Source: Halorutilales archaeon Cl-col2-1 | GTDB taxonomy: Archaea > Halobacteriota > Halobacteria > Halobacteriales > Afararchaeaceae | Reading direction: 5' to 3' | Assembly (NCBI GenBank): GCA_041891055.1 | Contig: CP169074.1 | Span: forward strand, 384,001 to 448,000 | Length of the DNA: 64,000 nt | Part shown: positions 1-10,500 of the stretch, piece by piece | How the letters are laid out: each line of letters opens with the position of its first letter | Numbering within the stretch: the first letter of the stretch is position 1 | The notes under the pieces: generated by a model | The model's input: the letters and a program-made list of their open reading frames with translations, nothing else | Database searches by the model: none | What the model was told of the DNA's origin: nothing | Program-made: the position numbers and the translations under genes

Positions 1-54
1 CGTCCGACGGACGCCGTCGACAGGTTCACAGAGTTAGTGGAGGATCTGTCATGA
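1..54 (+). CDS. 3' end of a gene entering the window (RPTDAVDRFTELVEDLS*), probably a winged-HTH regulator
   Basis: Open frame 1-54 whose TGA overlaps the next ATG (ATGA); the tail resembles C-termini of haloarchaeal ArsR-like wHTH proteins (inference from 17 aa). Confidence 0.4.
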   Translation, partial: RPTDAVDRFTELVEDLS

Positions 55-380
55 CAGGGGTTGTTCTCGCGTCTAACCCCAACTCGGTTCCGATCGGAGT
101 CGTGGCACTCCTCGCACTAGGTGCCGCAGTCGTCTACTCGTTACGTGTCGCGTACACCGTCGTAGAGGGTTACAGAACTGCGGAGTCTTCGAGTGTGGTA
201 TACATCGCCGCAGGACTCCTACTCCTCACGACAGTTCCGATACTCCTGCGTTTCGTCTTGGCGACCGTCATCTCCCTGCCTACGTATGCCATCTCGGGAC
301 TCACCGGACTGAGTGAGCTTCTGGGTCTCGGAGCGATACTATACGTGATATACTTCCCACGGGGAGGTGACAGACAGTGA
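51..380 (+). CDS. small three-helix membrane protein (DUF7521-like)
   Basis: 109 aa, three hydrophobic segments, GYR motif after TM1, GGAGG upstream. Confidence 0.65.
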   Translation: MTGVVLASNPNSVPIGVVALLALGAAVVYSLRVAYTVVEGYRTAESSSVVYIAAGLLLLTTVPILLRFVLATVISLPTYAISGLTGLSELLGLGAILYVIYFPRGGDRQ

Positions 381-649
381 TAGAAGCGACCATCTTAGTC
401 TTCGGTCTCAAGTCAGTAGTCGGCTTAGTAGGTCTCTTCGTGAGCTTACAGGCTTACAGGGGATACAGGAGACACGGTAGCCGGAGTATACTCTTTATCG
501 GGGTCGGTATACTCTTCCTGACTACGGTTCCGGTGGCTCTCTCGTACGGAGTAGCCTGGCTGACTCAGCTACCAGCCGCATACTCAGTGGTGTCGATTGC
601 CGTCTCATATCTCGTGGGTCTGGCTTCGGTCGACTACGCTCTCAACTAG
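377..649 (+). CDS. small three-helix membrane protein (DUF7521-like), paralogue of the preceding gene
   Basis: AYRGYRRHGSRS motif and LTTVP shared with the upstream ORF; GGAGGTGA SD; GTGA overlap. Confidence 0.7.
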   Translation: MIEATILVFGLKSVVGLVGLFVSLQAYRGYRRHGSRSILFIGVGILFLTTVPVALSYGVAWLTQLPAAYSVVSIAVSYLVGLASVDYALN

Positions 650-651
650 AT

Positions 652-1305
652 TTACGAGAACAAGACGAAGGTCTTGAAAGCCTCGAAGGCGGCGACCGGA
701 AGAACCGCGAATACCGACTGTAGGTCGGTGACCCCACGTACAGCCTTCAGGAGACGTGTCCAGAGGAAGAGCGACCATACAGTCATTACGTTGTCGAGGT
801 AGTTCGAAGTCTCAACGAGTGACGTCTCCTGTACCTGTTCGACGAAGGCGTCGTTTCCGGCTGGCGTCTCGGGCGGCGGTGTCATATCCGCGCTCACTAC
901 CATCGCTCCGAGCCAGACTATACCGCCGAGCACCCACGGCGAGAAGCCTATGCCTGTGAGCCAGAATAAGGGAGAGAACCCTGCGCTTTCGTCGTCAGCA
1001 AAGGGCTTCGTGAGAAGGTAGAAGACTCCTGCGTAGACGATCCAGTAGACGTAGACGTGCCCGAAGCTGATGAGAGCTCCCGTGACGGTTATCTGGGGTA
1101 GCTCAAGCCTCACGGGAGCCGTCACGTAGGTAATAGTAGGTCTGTCACCTATCACGCTCATAGAGACGAGAAGAAGCTGTGCGAGAAGTGTCGAGAGTCC
1201 CGTCGCGGCTAAGACGCCTACCGGAAGAGACCGTGGTGGGTCGTCACGTCTGGCTCGGAAGTAAGAAGTCGGAGACCGGACGAGGGTAACCAGACCAGAG
1301 ATCAT
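652..1305 (-). CDS. Yip1-domain membrane protein
   Basis: N-terminal LVRSPTSYF, about five TM segments, TGIGFSP motif. Confidence 0.65.
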   Translation of the reverse strand: MISGLVTLVRSPTSYFRARRDDPPRSLPVGVLAATGLSTLLAQLLLVSMSVIGDRPTITYVTAPVRLELPQITVTGALISFGHVYVYWIVYAGVFYLLTKPFADDESAGFSPLFWLTGIGFSPWVLGGIVWLGAMVVSADMTPPPETPAGNDAFVEQVQETSLVETSNYLDNVMTVWSLFLWTRLLKAVRGVTDLQSVFAVLPVAAFEAFKTFVLFS

Positions 1306-1399
1306 TAAATGCCTTAGCGACCTTTCGAGAGTTAAATCTGACTCTTTGTGGAACGAGTACCACGTGAATTATTATAAGGGGAGAGACTGATATGGAGCC

Positions 1400-2332
1400 A
1401 TGTCACGTATCTACCGCCGGAGGTTTCTAGCGGCTCTCGTTACATCGGCTCTCGCAGGATGCACGAGCGTGCCCGGTTCGGGTTCGGGCGGTAACGGTCA
1501 GAACGCGTCATCACAGAGTTCGTCTTCGACTTCGGCATCGTCTGAGTCAGCACAAGACACCAACTCGTCGTCGACTGATCCCATGATGAGTGTCAAGGAT
1601 ATATCCGCTCCCGACGAGATACATGCGGGCGACGAATTCACGGTTCGACTCTCGGTTCAGAACTTCGGAGGAGACGGCGTCTTCGAGGCTACTCTCGTCT
1701 CGACTAAGGAAGAAGAAACAGTCGAGAAAAAGAGAGTGAGATTCGACGTCGGTTCGGGGGAGGAGGTCACGAGAAGTATAGACACGAGTCTCGAATACTC
1801 GGGAAACTGGAGCCTCGGTCTCTCGGGGAGCCAGAGCTACAGCTACGAGGAGGAGACTGTCGAAGTAAAGCCCGTAGTACTCGACGAGGGCGGAAGCTAC
1901 ACCGACTCGGTGACTCCTGGCTCCGTCAAGGACGAGGTACGTATACGTGTCGTCGACTCGGCGTCGCCGTCTAAGCTGATGCCCGAGTTCGAGACACCTG
2001 GCACGACCGGGAGCCTCGAGTCCGTCTATCCCGGGAGTCCTTACCGGTTCGTAACTGCGGAGATAGAGGTCACTAACATCACCGATGAGACTGTCGAGGC
2101 ACGGAACCTCGTCTACCTCATAAATCTGTACGCCGACGACAGGATCTACGACGCGAAGTACTACAACGACAGGAAGGGAAGCATACTGGGTGAGATACCG
2201 CCCGACGAGTCGGTGAGAGGTGTCGTGGCTTTCGAGGTTCTCGACGACCACGGCCTCGAAGACGTGAGACTCGGATGGGAGACTCTACACGACGACGAGA
2301 ACCCCGAGGCGTACTGGGATCTAACACCCTGA
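1400..2332 (+). CDS. Tat-exported lipoprotein with Ser-rich linker, Ig/CARDB-like and DUF4352-like domains
   Basis: RRRFL twin-arginine, LAGC lipobox, C-terminal IPPDESVRGVVAFEV. Confidence 0.75.
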   Translation: MSRIYRRRFLAALVTSALAGCTSVPGSGSGGNGQNASSQSSSSTSASSESAQDTNSSSTDPMMSVKDISAPDEIHAGDEFTVRLSVQNFGGDGVFEATLVSTKEEETVEKKRVRFDVGSGEEVTRSIDTSLEYSGNWSLGLSGSQSYSYEEETVEVKPVVLDEGGSYTDSVTPGSVKDEVRIRVVDSASPSKLMPEFETPGTTGSLESVYPGSPYRFVTAEIEVTNITDETVEARNLVYLINLYADDRIYDAKYYNDRKGSILGEIPPDESVRGVVAFEVLDDHGLEDVRLGWETLHDDENPEAYWDLTP

Positions 2333-2385
2333 AGCTTCCACCATCAGTATATTCAATACTGTCTGTGACGTACTCACAGACGAAG

Positions 2386-2715
2386 ATGTTTCTGGTTCGC
2401 GGAAAAGCCGGAGGGACAGAGCTGACCGGTACCATTTACAAGAGAAGCGAGAACCCTCCTTCTTTCAAGGGAGCACCCGAGACCAACTCGACCTACGTCT
2501 GGATCTGTGACGAGTTCTACGAGGTCGAGACGGGCGGCTCAGTACAGGTCGTAGACGGCGACGAGAAAAGGATCGCATTCGAGCCTCCAGTCCCTCGGGG
2601 ATTCGAGACCCTAGACGGTGCTATCCAAGGTGCGCGCGAGCACATACGTACACAGTTCGCGCGTATCGGAGTGCCTAAGGACGAAGTCGAGACCGAGGTC
2701 GTGCGTCACGACTGA
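2386..2715 (+). CDS. conserved haloarchaeal hypothetical protein (DUF7113-like)
   Basis: ATG 2386 in the 2275..2715 frame; MFLVRGKAGGTELTGT...YVWICDEFYEVE recognised from memory. Confidence 0.6.
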   Translation: MFLVRGKAGGTELTGTIYKRSENPPSFKGAPETNSTYVWICDEFYEVETGGSVQVVDGDEKRIAFEPPVPRGFETLDGAIQGAREHIRTQFARIGVPKDEVETEVVRHD

Positions 2716-2730
2716 TACCGCTAAACAGCC

Positions 2731-3393
2731 TCAGAGAGGGTCTACAATGGATACTGTCCAGCTACCCGACGCCGACATTCCGGTGTTACTCTCACCGCTC
2801 CAGTCGCCCTCTATCACCGACAGGTTCTCGGAGACATCGCCCGTCATATCCATGTTCATCGTCATATACTGCATCGCACGTCCCGAGGCGTCAGCATCGA
2901 CCTCCCCGTCCGACACGGAGCCTTCTATGGGTCCCGAGGCGTCACCCTCTATGCTTCCCGAGACCTCGTTGTTGGAGTAGTCGACCGTGAGCTGTATCGT
3001 CCCATCGACATTAACTCCTCCCGTCGCCTCGCCGCTCCAGCTTCCCTCGTACTCGTGTACTCTGTTCACCTCTCCGTCGCCGGTTCCCTCTGACCCCGTC
3101 TCCGGGTTCGATTCCGGCGACTCGGCTTCGTTTGCGTCAGAGCCGGAGTCGGTCTGGGTGTCAGTGTTCGAATTGGACGTCGTCGAGTTGTCGCTGCCGC
3201 TCTCCGACATACCGTCGTTCGCCGAGCCCGAACTCGGATTCGAGTCCTCGGGCTCTGACACTGATCCTGAATCGGTTTCCGTCTCGGTCTCGGTGTTCTC
3301 AGACCCTCCTGTGCTCGAACCGGCGCTACTACATCCCGCGAGTCCCCCTACGACTGACGTGGCTGTAGCTATCACGAATTTACGTCGTTTCAT
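2731..3393 (-). CDS. Tat lipoprotein with long S/T/D/E linker and beta-rich C-terminal domain
   Basis: Start reassigned to MKRRKFV; LAGC lipobox. Confidence 0.75.
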   Translation of the reverse strand: MKRRKFVIATATSVVGGLAGCSSAGSSTGGSENTETETETDSGSVSEPEDSNPSSGSANDGMSESGSDNSTTSNSNTDTQTDSGSDANEAESPESNPETGSEGTGDGEVNRVHEYEGSWSGEATGGVNVDGTIQLTVDYSNNEVSGSIEGDASGPIEGSVSDGEVDADASGRAMQYMTMNMDMTGDVSENLSVIEGDWSGESNTGMSASGSWTVSIVDPL

Positions 3394-3587
3394 GTTCCCC
3401 CCACCACAGTTTCCTTCCCCATCGGATTTCACGGTGTTCCGTATACTGTGATGTACTAACAACACCCATCCTCCGAATATTTAACCTTTTCCAAGACCTG
3501 ACAGATGCGACTCACGTGGTAGGAACTGCGTCCGTCCCGGGACGAGGGGAAAGACTTGATAACTTCGAGTCCGTCTCCGAAGACAGA

Positions 3588-3815
3588 ATGGTCAAGTCGT
3601 ACGTCTTAATAGAGTCGAAGACCGGATCGATACAGAGCCTCGTCGAGGACGTCAACGATATCGGAGAGGTCTCGGAAGCGAGTGCCGTAACGGGCAAGTA
3701 CGACGTAATTGCGGAGTTCGAGGTCGAGAAGACAGAACAGATACTCGATCTCGTGTCGGGACAGATACAGAAGCTTCCGGGGGTCGACGACACGGTGACG
3801 TGTATATCGACATGA
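3588..3815 (+). CDS. stand-alone Lrp/AsnC ligand-binding (RAM) domain protein
   Basis: 75 aa; VTGKYDVIA and LPGVDDTVTCI motifs; no HTH. Confidence 0.85.
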   Translation: MVKSYVLIESKTGSIQSLVEDVNDIGEVSEASAVTGKYDVIAEFEVEKTEQILDLVSGQIQKLPGVDDTVTCIST

Positions 3816-4825
3816 CGGAGGCTTCGAGAGCCGAGAAGGGAGGCGTCGGAGAAGGCATACGTCTCCTACTGTGTGAGAACCCACTTCCGCCGATAGACGA
3901 GGCGGTCTCGGCGGCGAGGAAGGAGCTTCCGAGGTCGAACCGGTATACAGAGCCCTACTCCGAGCCCCTGAGACGTCTCATAAGCCACGAGATAGGGGTT
4001 CCCGAGAAGAACATACATATAAACGCGGGGTCTGAGCTCATACTAAGACAGATATTCGACAGATACGTCGAGAAGTCACATCTCCTCACTCCGACGTACA
4101 ACCTCTTCAGGGAGATATCACCCGACTACACCGAGACACGTCTGTCACCCGAGGAGGAGTTCGAGTACGACCTCGGCGACTTAGACTTCGACAGTAACAC
4201 CGACCTCGTCGTAGTGGTGAGTCCCAACAACCCCAACGGCGGAAGCTTCAACGTCTCTGAGATACCCGACCTCCTAGAGGAGAACCCCGACACCTACTTC
4301 TTAGTCGACGAGGCTTTCTTCGAGTTCACGCGTGAGACTGTCGCCGACTTAGTCCCCGACTACAGTAGCCTGATAGTGACACGTACCTTCTCGAAGGCAC
4401 ACAGCTTAGCCGGATTCCGTGTCGGATACGTAGTCGCTCCCGAAGCGATTGCCGACGAACTCAACGCCAACAACGACGCGTATCCCCTCACACGTGCCGG
4501 AGAGGCGGCGGCAGTCGCGTCGCTGAGGAACAAACAGAAGATCTACGACAGGGCGGACAGGCTGAGGTCGTGGACACGTGATCTCTCGGAGAGCCTGTCC
4601 GAGATGGGTGTCGAGACCTATCCGACTGAGACCTACTTCTTCCTCGCCGACTTCTCTCCGAGATCCGTCTCCGCTCCCGAGGTCGCCGAGAAGCTCGCGG
4701 AGAAGAAGATACTCGTCAAGCCACTCGACGAAGACCGTCTCGGAGACGGCTACATGAGGGTCACGACATCGACACCCGAGAACAACCGGAAGTTCGTCGA
4801 AGCAGTCGGGGAGATACTAGGCTAG
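3812..4825 (+). CDS. class I/II PLP aminotransferase, HisC/CobD-like
   Basis: SPNNPNG, VDEAF, RTFSKAHSLAGFRVGY (PLP Lys), MRVT; ATGA overlap with the Lrp gene. Confidence 0.85.
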   Translation: MTEASRAEKGGVGEGIRLLLCENPLPPIDEAVSAARKELPRSNRYTEPYSEPLRRLISHEIGVPEKNIHINAGSELILRQIFDRYVEKSHLLTPTYNLFREISPDYTETRLSPEEEFEYDLGDLDFDSNTDLVVVVSPNNPNGGSFNVSEIPDLLEENPDTYFLVDEAFFEFTRETVADLVPDYSSLIVTRTFSKAHSLAGFRVGYVVAPEAIADELNANNDAYPLTRAGEAAAVASLRNKQKIYDRADRLRSWTRDLSESLSEMGVETYPTETYFFLADFSPRSVSAPEVAEKLAEKKILVKPLDEDRLGDGYMRVTTSTPENNRKFVEAVGEILG

Positions 4826-6669
4826 TTCCCGTGTTTGGTCACGCAGTATCTCAGACCCTCGACCTCGACAGCCTCGACGTCGGGAGCCTTTACGACCGCC
4901 TCGCCCTTTCCGAATGTCGGTATCTCCGACCTGAACTGTGAGGGTATAGACGGCACTCTCTCGACGACCTCGTCCCTGAGACCCATGAAGATATTCGTGT
5001 TTATCTGTTTGAGTATCTCGTCGTCTATGTCCTCGGGGTTCTGTGTGATCATACCGAGTCCGAGTAGATCCTTTCTTCCCTGCTTGACTGCGGCTCGTGC
5101 CTTCTCGACGACGTAACGTCCTCTCGTGGTGTCCGCCTCGGCGAAGTAGTTGTGTGCCTCGTCTGTGGCTACGAATATAGGAGTGTTCTTTATCTCGTCG
5201 TCGACGTCGTGTTCGGATATCTTGTTCTCTATCACGAGAGCGAGCAAAGACAGGACGACGAGATCCTCGACCGCTCCTCTTATGTGGCTCGTGGGTATCA
5301 CAGTAGTCTGTCCCTCGTCGAAGACGTCGTCGGTGATCTCCGTGAGGGGGTCGGTTCCGTTGTCGAAGACACGGTGGTAGACGCCGTTGTCTACGACGCG
5401 TCTCATGACGGCGTCCCACGTCGCGTCGGCTATGCTGTTTGCCTCCTTTACAGCGTTGACCTCCGACGAGTCGTTTGTCTCCATGTAGTCGGTGAATCCC
5501 TCGTATGTCGGATCGTCCGCGGTCGAGAAGTAGGCGTTGAGACAGTCGGAGATAGCACGGCGCGTCACGGGCGACGGGTCGAACGGCATCAGGAGTTCGG
5601 GCACGTCGTCGACTATTCCGAAAGGCACCGTGAACTCGCGGTACGAGGGAGCCGAGGGGGCGGGGGCTCCTGCAACGGTTGGGACGAAGACCTCAAGGTC
5701 GTCTATCCCACCAGTCTTGACGCCGCGTCTCCGGAGACGTCTCTCGTCGTCTTCGGGGAGTTCGGGGTTGTCCTCCGACATCTCGACGTACTCGCCCTCG
5801 GGATCTATAACTACCGTGTTCAGGCGCATACGGAGTGTCTCACCGCTACCGTACTCGTCTATGGGATACCTCTTCTCCGACGAAAGCTGACGCAGGATGT
5901 TCTTCGTGAAATGCGTCTTACCCTTTCCCGTCGAACCCGCGACGAGCATATGCCGGAAGACTGCGGGCTCGCCCTCTTCGACCTCGCCCGACGGGTCGAT
6001 ACCCGGGTTTTCGAGGTAGTAGGCAAGCGGCTCGCCGTCGACCTCTATCCTGCGTCCTCCGACAGCCATGTACCCCGCGAATATGCCGTCACCAGGGACG
6101 TTGAGGCCCGTTCGGAGGACGTCCTCGTCACGCGCGAGAGACGACGGAGTGTTGGGCTTCGGAATCTGATCGACGGGCTTACGTCCGTATCCGTCGCCGT
6201 CTCCCTCGGATTCGACTATCGAGAGAGGCTTCGTCTCTGCGACCAAGACGAACTCCCTCTCGTCGACCTCGTCACCGAGGCTGACCTCGGCGTACGACTG
6301 TGACTTGTCGTTGACCTGAGTGTAGGGTTCGTACCTCAGCGACGAGACGACCGCAAAGAGGTACTTCTCCGAGCCGTCACCGACACTGTAGGGTATCTGG
6401 ACGTAGTCGCCGAGACGTATCTCGTCACGTCTGTCTATGTCGACGTAGATGTTGATCTTGTTCTCGGTGTCGCCGACTATGATCCTCTCGCTCGCGAGTA
6501 TGTGTCCGACAGTCGCCTCCGAATCCGACGGCGACTCCGTCTTGGGAGAGGGGTAGTCGCCCTCGGGTATCGTCGAGGAGCCGGTCGGGACGTCGGTGTC
6601 CGAGTTGGGGTTGGGATTACTGTCAGAGTCAGATCCCCATGGCTCGTCTTCGAGTATGTCGTCTTCCAT
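4822..6669 (-). CDS. herA: HerA-family DNA translocase/ATPase
   Basis: HAS-barrel-like N-terminus, Walker A GSTGKGKT, DPEGEY, Walker B VATDEAH, QGRK, TQNP; same strand as nurA/rad50/mre11. Confidence 0.88.
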   Translation of the reverse strand: MEDDILEDEPWGSDSDSNPNPNSDTDVPTGSSTIPEGDYPSPKTESPSDSEATVGHILASERIIVGDTENKINIYVDIDRRDEIRLGDYVQIPYSVGDGSEKYLFAVVSSLRYEPYTQVNDKSQSYAEVSLGDEVDEREFVLVAETKPLSIVESEGDGDGYGRKPVDQIPKPNTPSSLARDEDVLRTGLNVPGDGIFAGYMAVGGRRIEVDGEPLAYYLENPGIDPSGEVEEGEPAVFRHMLVAGSTGKGKTHFTKNILRQLSSEKRYPIDEYGSGETLRMRLNTVVIDPEGEYVEMSEDNPELPEDDERRLRRRGVKTGGIDDLEVFVPTVAGAPAPSAPSYREFTVPFGIVDDVPELLMPFDPSPVTRRAISDCLNAYFSTADDPTYEGFTDYMETNDSSEVNAVKEANSIADATWDAVMRRVVDNGVYHRVFDNGTDPLTEITDDVFDEGQTTVIPTSHIRGAVEDLVVLSLLALVIENKISEHDVDDEIKNTPIFVATDEAHNYFAEADTTRGRYVVEKARAAVKQGRKDLLGLGMITQNPEDIDDEILKQINTNIFMGLRDEVVERVPSIPSQFRSEIPTFGKGEAVVKAPDVEAVEVEGLRYCVTKHGN

Positions 6670-6778
6670 TAGGGCTTAATCGCGGGGCAAGACAGATGAA
6701 GCTACCGCCCTCGTTTGTCGGCGTCTCGAAAGTCCATCTTGGGACAAGATCTTTATTTATGGCATGAATACTGTATCT

Positions 6779-7045
6779 ATGACAGTAGAAACGGATTCAC
6801 ACGGACGTCTCTATCTCTCGTCTGAGCTGAGAGACAGGTACGGCGAGAAGTTTCACGTAGTTGAGTATGAGGACAGGATCGAACTCATACCCATAGACGA
6901 CGACCCGCTTGAGGCGGCTCGAGACGCAGCCGGCGACGCCTTTGAGGGAGAGTCAGCCGAGGAGCTTAGGCAAGAGGCTCTCGAACAAGCCAAGTCTGAA
7001 TCCAGAGAAGACATTCAGCCCGCGAGAAGAGAAGACGACGGATGA
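6779..7045 (+). CDS. vapB: AbrB/MazE-type antitoxin
   Basis: ETDSHGRLYLSSELRDRYG swapped-hairpin motif; ATGA overlap with PIN gene; alternative ATG at 6764. Confidence 0.82.
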   Translation: MTVETDSHGRLYLSSELRDRYGEKFHVVEYEDRIELIPIDDDPLEAARDAAGDAFEGESAEELRQEALEQAKSESREDIQPARREDDG

Positions 7046-7425
7046 CGGTATACGTCGAGACCGACTTCCTGATAGCTCTCGTAAAGGACGACGACTGGCT
7101 ACAGGAACGCGCAGAAGAAGCTCTAGAAGAGCGTGACGTCGTGACTTCTCCGTTTTCTTACCTCGAACTACTTATCATCCGAGAACGTCACGAGTACGAC
7201 TATGTCCGTCTATTCTCTAACCTGCTTGAAGTAGTCCCCGCCGGCTCAGACGATGAGAATCAAGCCGTTCTGAAAGCCATCGACTACTATGAGAAGGGAA
7301 TGACTCCGTTCGATGCCTTCCACGCCGCGATTGCGGAGAACCGTGGTCTGGGTCTTCTTTCCTCCGACAAGGCATACGAAGACGTCGATCCTGAGAGACT
7401 ACCCTTGGAGCCGGACGACGTGTAG
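7042..7425 (+). CDS. vapC: PIN-domain toxin
   Basis: YVETDFLIA, ELL, TPFDAFHAA, LLSSDKAY acidic PIN motifs. Confidence 0.88.
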   Translation: MTVYVETDFLIALVKDDDWLQERAEEALEERDVVTSPFSYLELLIIRERHEYDYVRLFSNLLEVVPAGSDDENQAVLKAIDYYEKGMTPFDAFHAAIAENRGLGLLSSDKAYEDVDPERLPLEPDDV

Positions 7426-7537
7426 ATTGATCTTGGTGGTCGTGTCTTTCCTCTGTCATGTCATATATCTCCGATAGGAAAGAACCATAAGATATCAAAG
7501 AGTTGAGTTATCCATACTCAGGAGGAGACCTTGATTA

Positions 7538-10500
7538 ATGTCAGATGTAGCTTCACTACGGGATTCTCTAAAGTCGATATATGAACGGATAGACGAGGAT
7601 ATGAGCGAGCGAGATGTAGAAACTCTGTTTATAGAACAGGGATTCTACGAAGCGCTCGATTACGAAGGTACGGGAACGGACATACGGAGTGAGTTTACAC
7701 TTCCTAACGATCAGCGTCCTGACTACATCACTCTCGACACTAACGAGTCGGTCACTACGGTCTACGAGTTCAAGACATCGGGTCGTGAACTGTCGCCCCA
7801 CAAGTCACAGCTTTTCGACTACATGGAGTATCTAAAGGCAGAACATGGAGTCCTGACAAACGGAGAGACTCTACGTCTCTACCGTCGAGGGCAGAGTTCT
7901 CCGGTTCTTGTTGTCTCCTTAGAGTCTATAACACAGAGTCAAGCCCGCGACCTCGCTGACGCTCTCTACAAACGTGAGTTCGACCTTACTAATCCCGAAG
8001 ACGTCAATCAGTTCTTGGAAGAGTTAGATCCTATCCCCTTAGACGAAGAGTCCGAGCTTGGGCAGGAGCATTTCTTCGACACCTTCCGTCTCGAAGAAGG
8101 TAGTCCATTTGCGGATCTCGTAGTTGGCATGATGGACATTCTACAGGAGCTTAGGGATGAGAAGGAAGCCAAGTTCGTGAAGGGGGCGTATGACTTCTGG
8201 GAGGCAACCTATGCGGACGAGCCAGACGATGTCCCCGACTCGTGGGAACCGTTCATCAACGGAAAACAGTCTCTACGTGACTTCATGTTCTGTCTAGAGA
8301 GTGGTCACGCTCTTCTCTCGCGTCTCCTTCTCGCAAAAGCGACTGAGGATCACGACTTCTTCGCAGGCACAGGATACAACGGCATGGGAGAGTACTTCCG
8401 TGGACTCCAAGGCTTCGGAGAAAGTATCAACCTCGACGCGTTCCCAGTCGCAGCCGATAACCTGATAGACGATATGCAGGATCAGTTAGTCGAGGGGCTT
8501 TTCCAGGACGACATCTTCGTGTGGTGGACGGACGGATACGCCGAACAGCTTTCACGGGGACACGAAACTGGAGCCAGCCAGTTTAGGGCTGTGGCACGGG
8601 GCACGGGAGAAGTCGACCGTATCAGTGAGACTACTCGTAACCGTTTCAGTCGGGCTGTCGCGGAGATATTCTTCAACGTCCTACGCTTCGACTTTGCCGA
8701 CGTTCAAGGAGACCTACTTGGCGACCTCTACCAGAAGTACTTCGACCCCGAGACGCGTAAGGCACTCGGTGAGTTCTACACTCCTCAGCCCGTCGTCGAC
8801 TACATTATGGACGGTGTGGGATACGAACGCGGTATCTCAAATCAGCGTCTAATCGACCCGTCTTGTGGTTCTGGTACCTTCCTCGTAGAAGCCGTAGAAA
8901 GATACTTGGAGGACATAGAACGGTACGAAGACAATCCCGATTGGGAGGAGCATCTACAGGATCTATGTACACGTCCCCGTGTCGTGGGTCTCGACATACA
9001 CCCGTTTGCGGTTCTAATGGCACAGATACGTTTCGTAGTCGCAATTCTCCCGGCTTACAGAAAGGCGAAGGATCAGAACCCCGAGTATACACTACGTCGG
9101 CTCCCGATCTATAGAACAGACACTCTCCGTAACGAACGTGAGCTGACGGGAGCTGATCTAGGCGACGACGGCACTCAGCAGATGACCTTCGACACGATAA
9201 CGGAGGACGAACAGGATGTCCGTATACCTGTCCCCCTCCCTGTCGAAGTAGACGAGGACGAAGTAGCTGAGACAGAGGATGGATTCCTCGTCCGACGTGT
9301 GCAGATGCCGCTGTTCGACACTATACAGCTTGAAACGGGAGTGAGTAACTTCGGAGAGTACTTTGCGGCTCTACAAGGAGTCCTCGACACGGTCAAAGAC
9401 CACATGGCTCTCGCAGAGGAGTTCGGCGGAGAGTTCGACTGGAAGTACCAGAGTGGACTAGAAGAGCGCATTAACAACTACACTTCGCAAGATTACTCTG
9501 GGGTAGAGGAGTTCTTCGCGCCCTACGTCGACGACATGCTGGAGAACGTGCGCTACCTGAAAGAGGAGCACAACGACGGGCGGCTGTTCAAGATGTTCGA
9601 GGACACCGTGCTCGCGCTCGTCGTCAAGAACTACATGGAGTACGACTACGTCGTGGGAATCCTCCTTACGTCCGCATCCAGAACCTCCCGGATAAGCAGA
9701 AGGAGATGATGGATACCCTGTACGACGCGACCACGGGCAACTACGACATTTACAGTCCGTTCTACGAGCGGGGCCTCGACTGGCTCCGCGAGGGCTCGGG
9801 GAAACTCGGATTCATCACGCCGAACCAGTTCATGGTCACGGACTACGGCGAGGGCCTGCGGGAGGTGCTGCTCGACGAGGCCCGCATCGAGGAGGTCTAC
9901 GACTTCCGGGACTCCGGGGTGTTCGAGGACGCGACGAACTATCCGGCCATCGTGATTCTGGCGGACGAACCCGAGGAGGCCAGCCGGGAGGACAACGAAA
10001 TTCGGTGCGTGCGGGTGAAAGCCGACACCGATGACGAAAGCGGACGTGAACTCGACGCGGCCATCATCGAGGCAGTGCGCGAACACCGCGTCGAGCCGGG
10101 ATACTCGGACGAATTCATCGACGTGTTCGACTTCCCGCAGTCGAAACTGACCGCCGGAGACTACTGGGCGATGATGCCGCCCGAGGAGTTGCGGGTCTTC
10201 GAGAAACTGGAGTCGAAAGCGGATGATACCCTCGAAGAGATTACCGATTCAGTCTCTCACGGGACACAGACCAGTGCGAACAAAGTTTACGTAGTTGACG
10301 TTCTGGACGCCGAGCGCGTTGAATCGGGAGATACTGGTGGAACAGTGACTATCGTTCCCTCCGGCGGTACAGAGGAGTATGAGATTGAAACAGACCTGCT
10401 AAGACCCTGGCTTCAGGGTCGTGACGTTCAACGTTGGCGGGCAGAGTGGTCCGGCCAACACGTCGTGCTACCTTACTCTGTTCAGCGAGTCGGGGAAGAC

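Noticed and set aside
5152-6303. Long antisense ORFs (also 31839..32879, 58192..58968, 61251..62567 and many others)
   Set aside because: Shadow frames of well-supported genes; V/L/R-rich with no motifs, as expected from biased codon usage
4822-7425. HerA plus neighbouring nuclease as a defence system (Sir2-HerA/Nezha-like)
   Set aside because: HerA is co-oriented with nurA-rad50-mre11, host-like in codons and divergent from vapBC; it is the repair HerA
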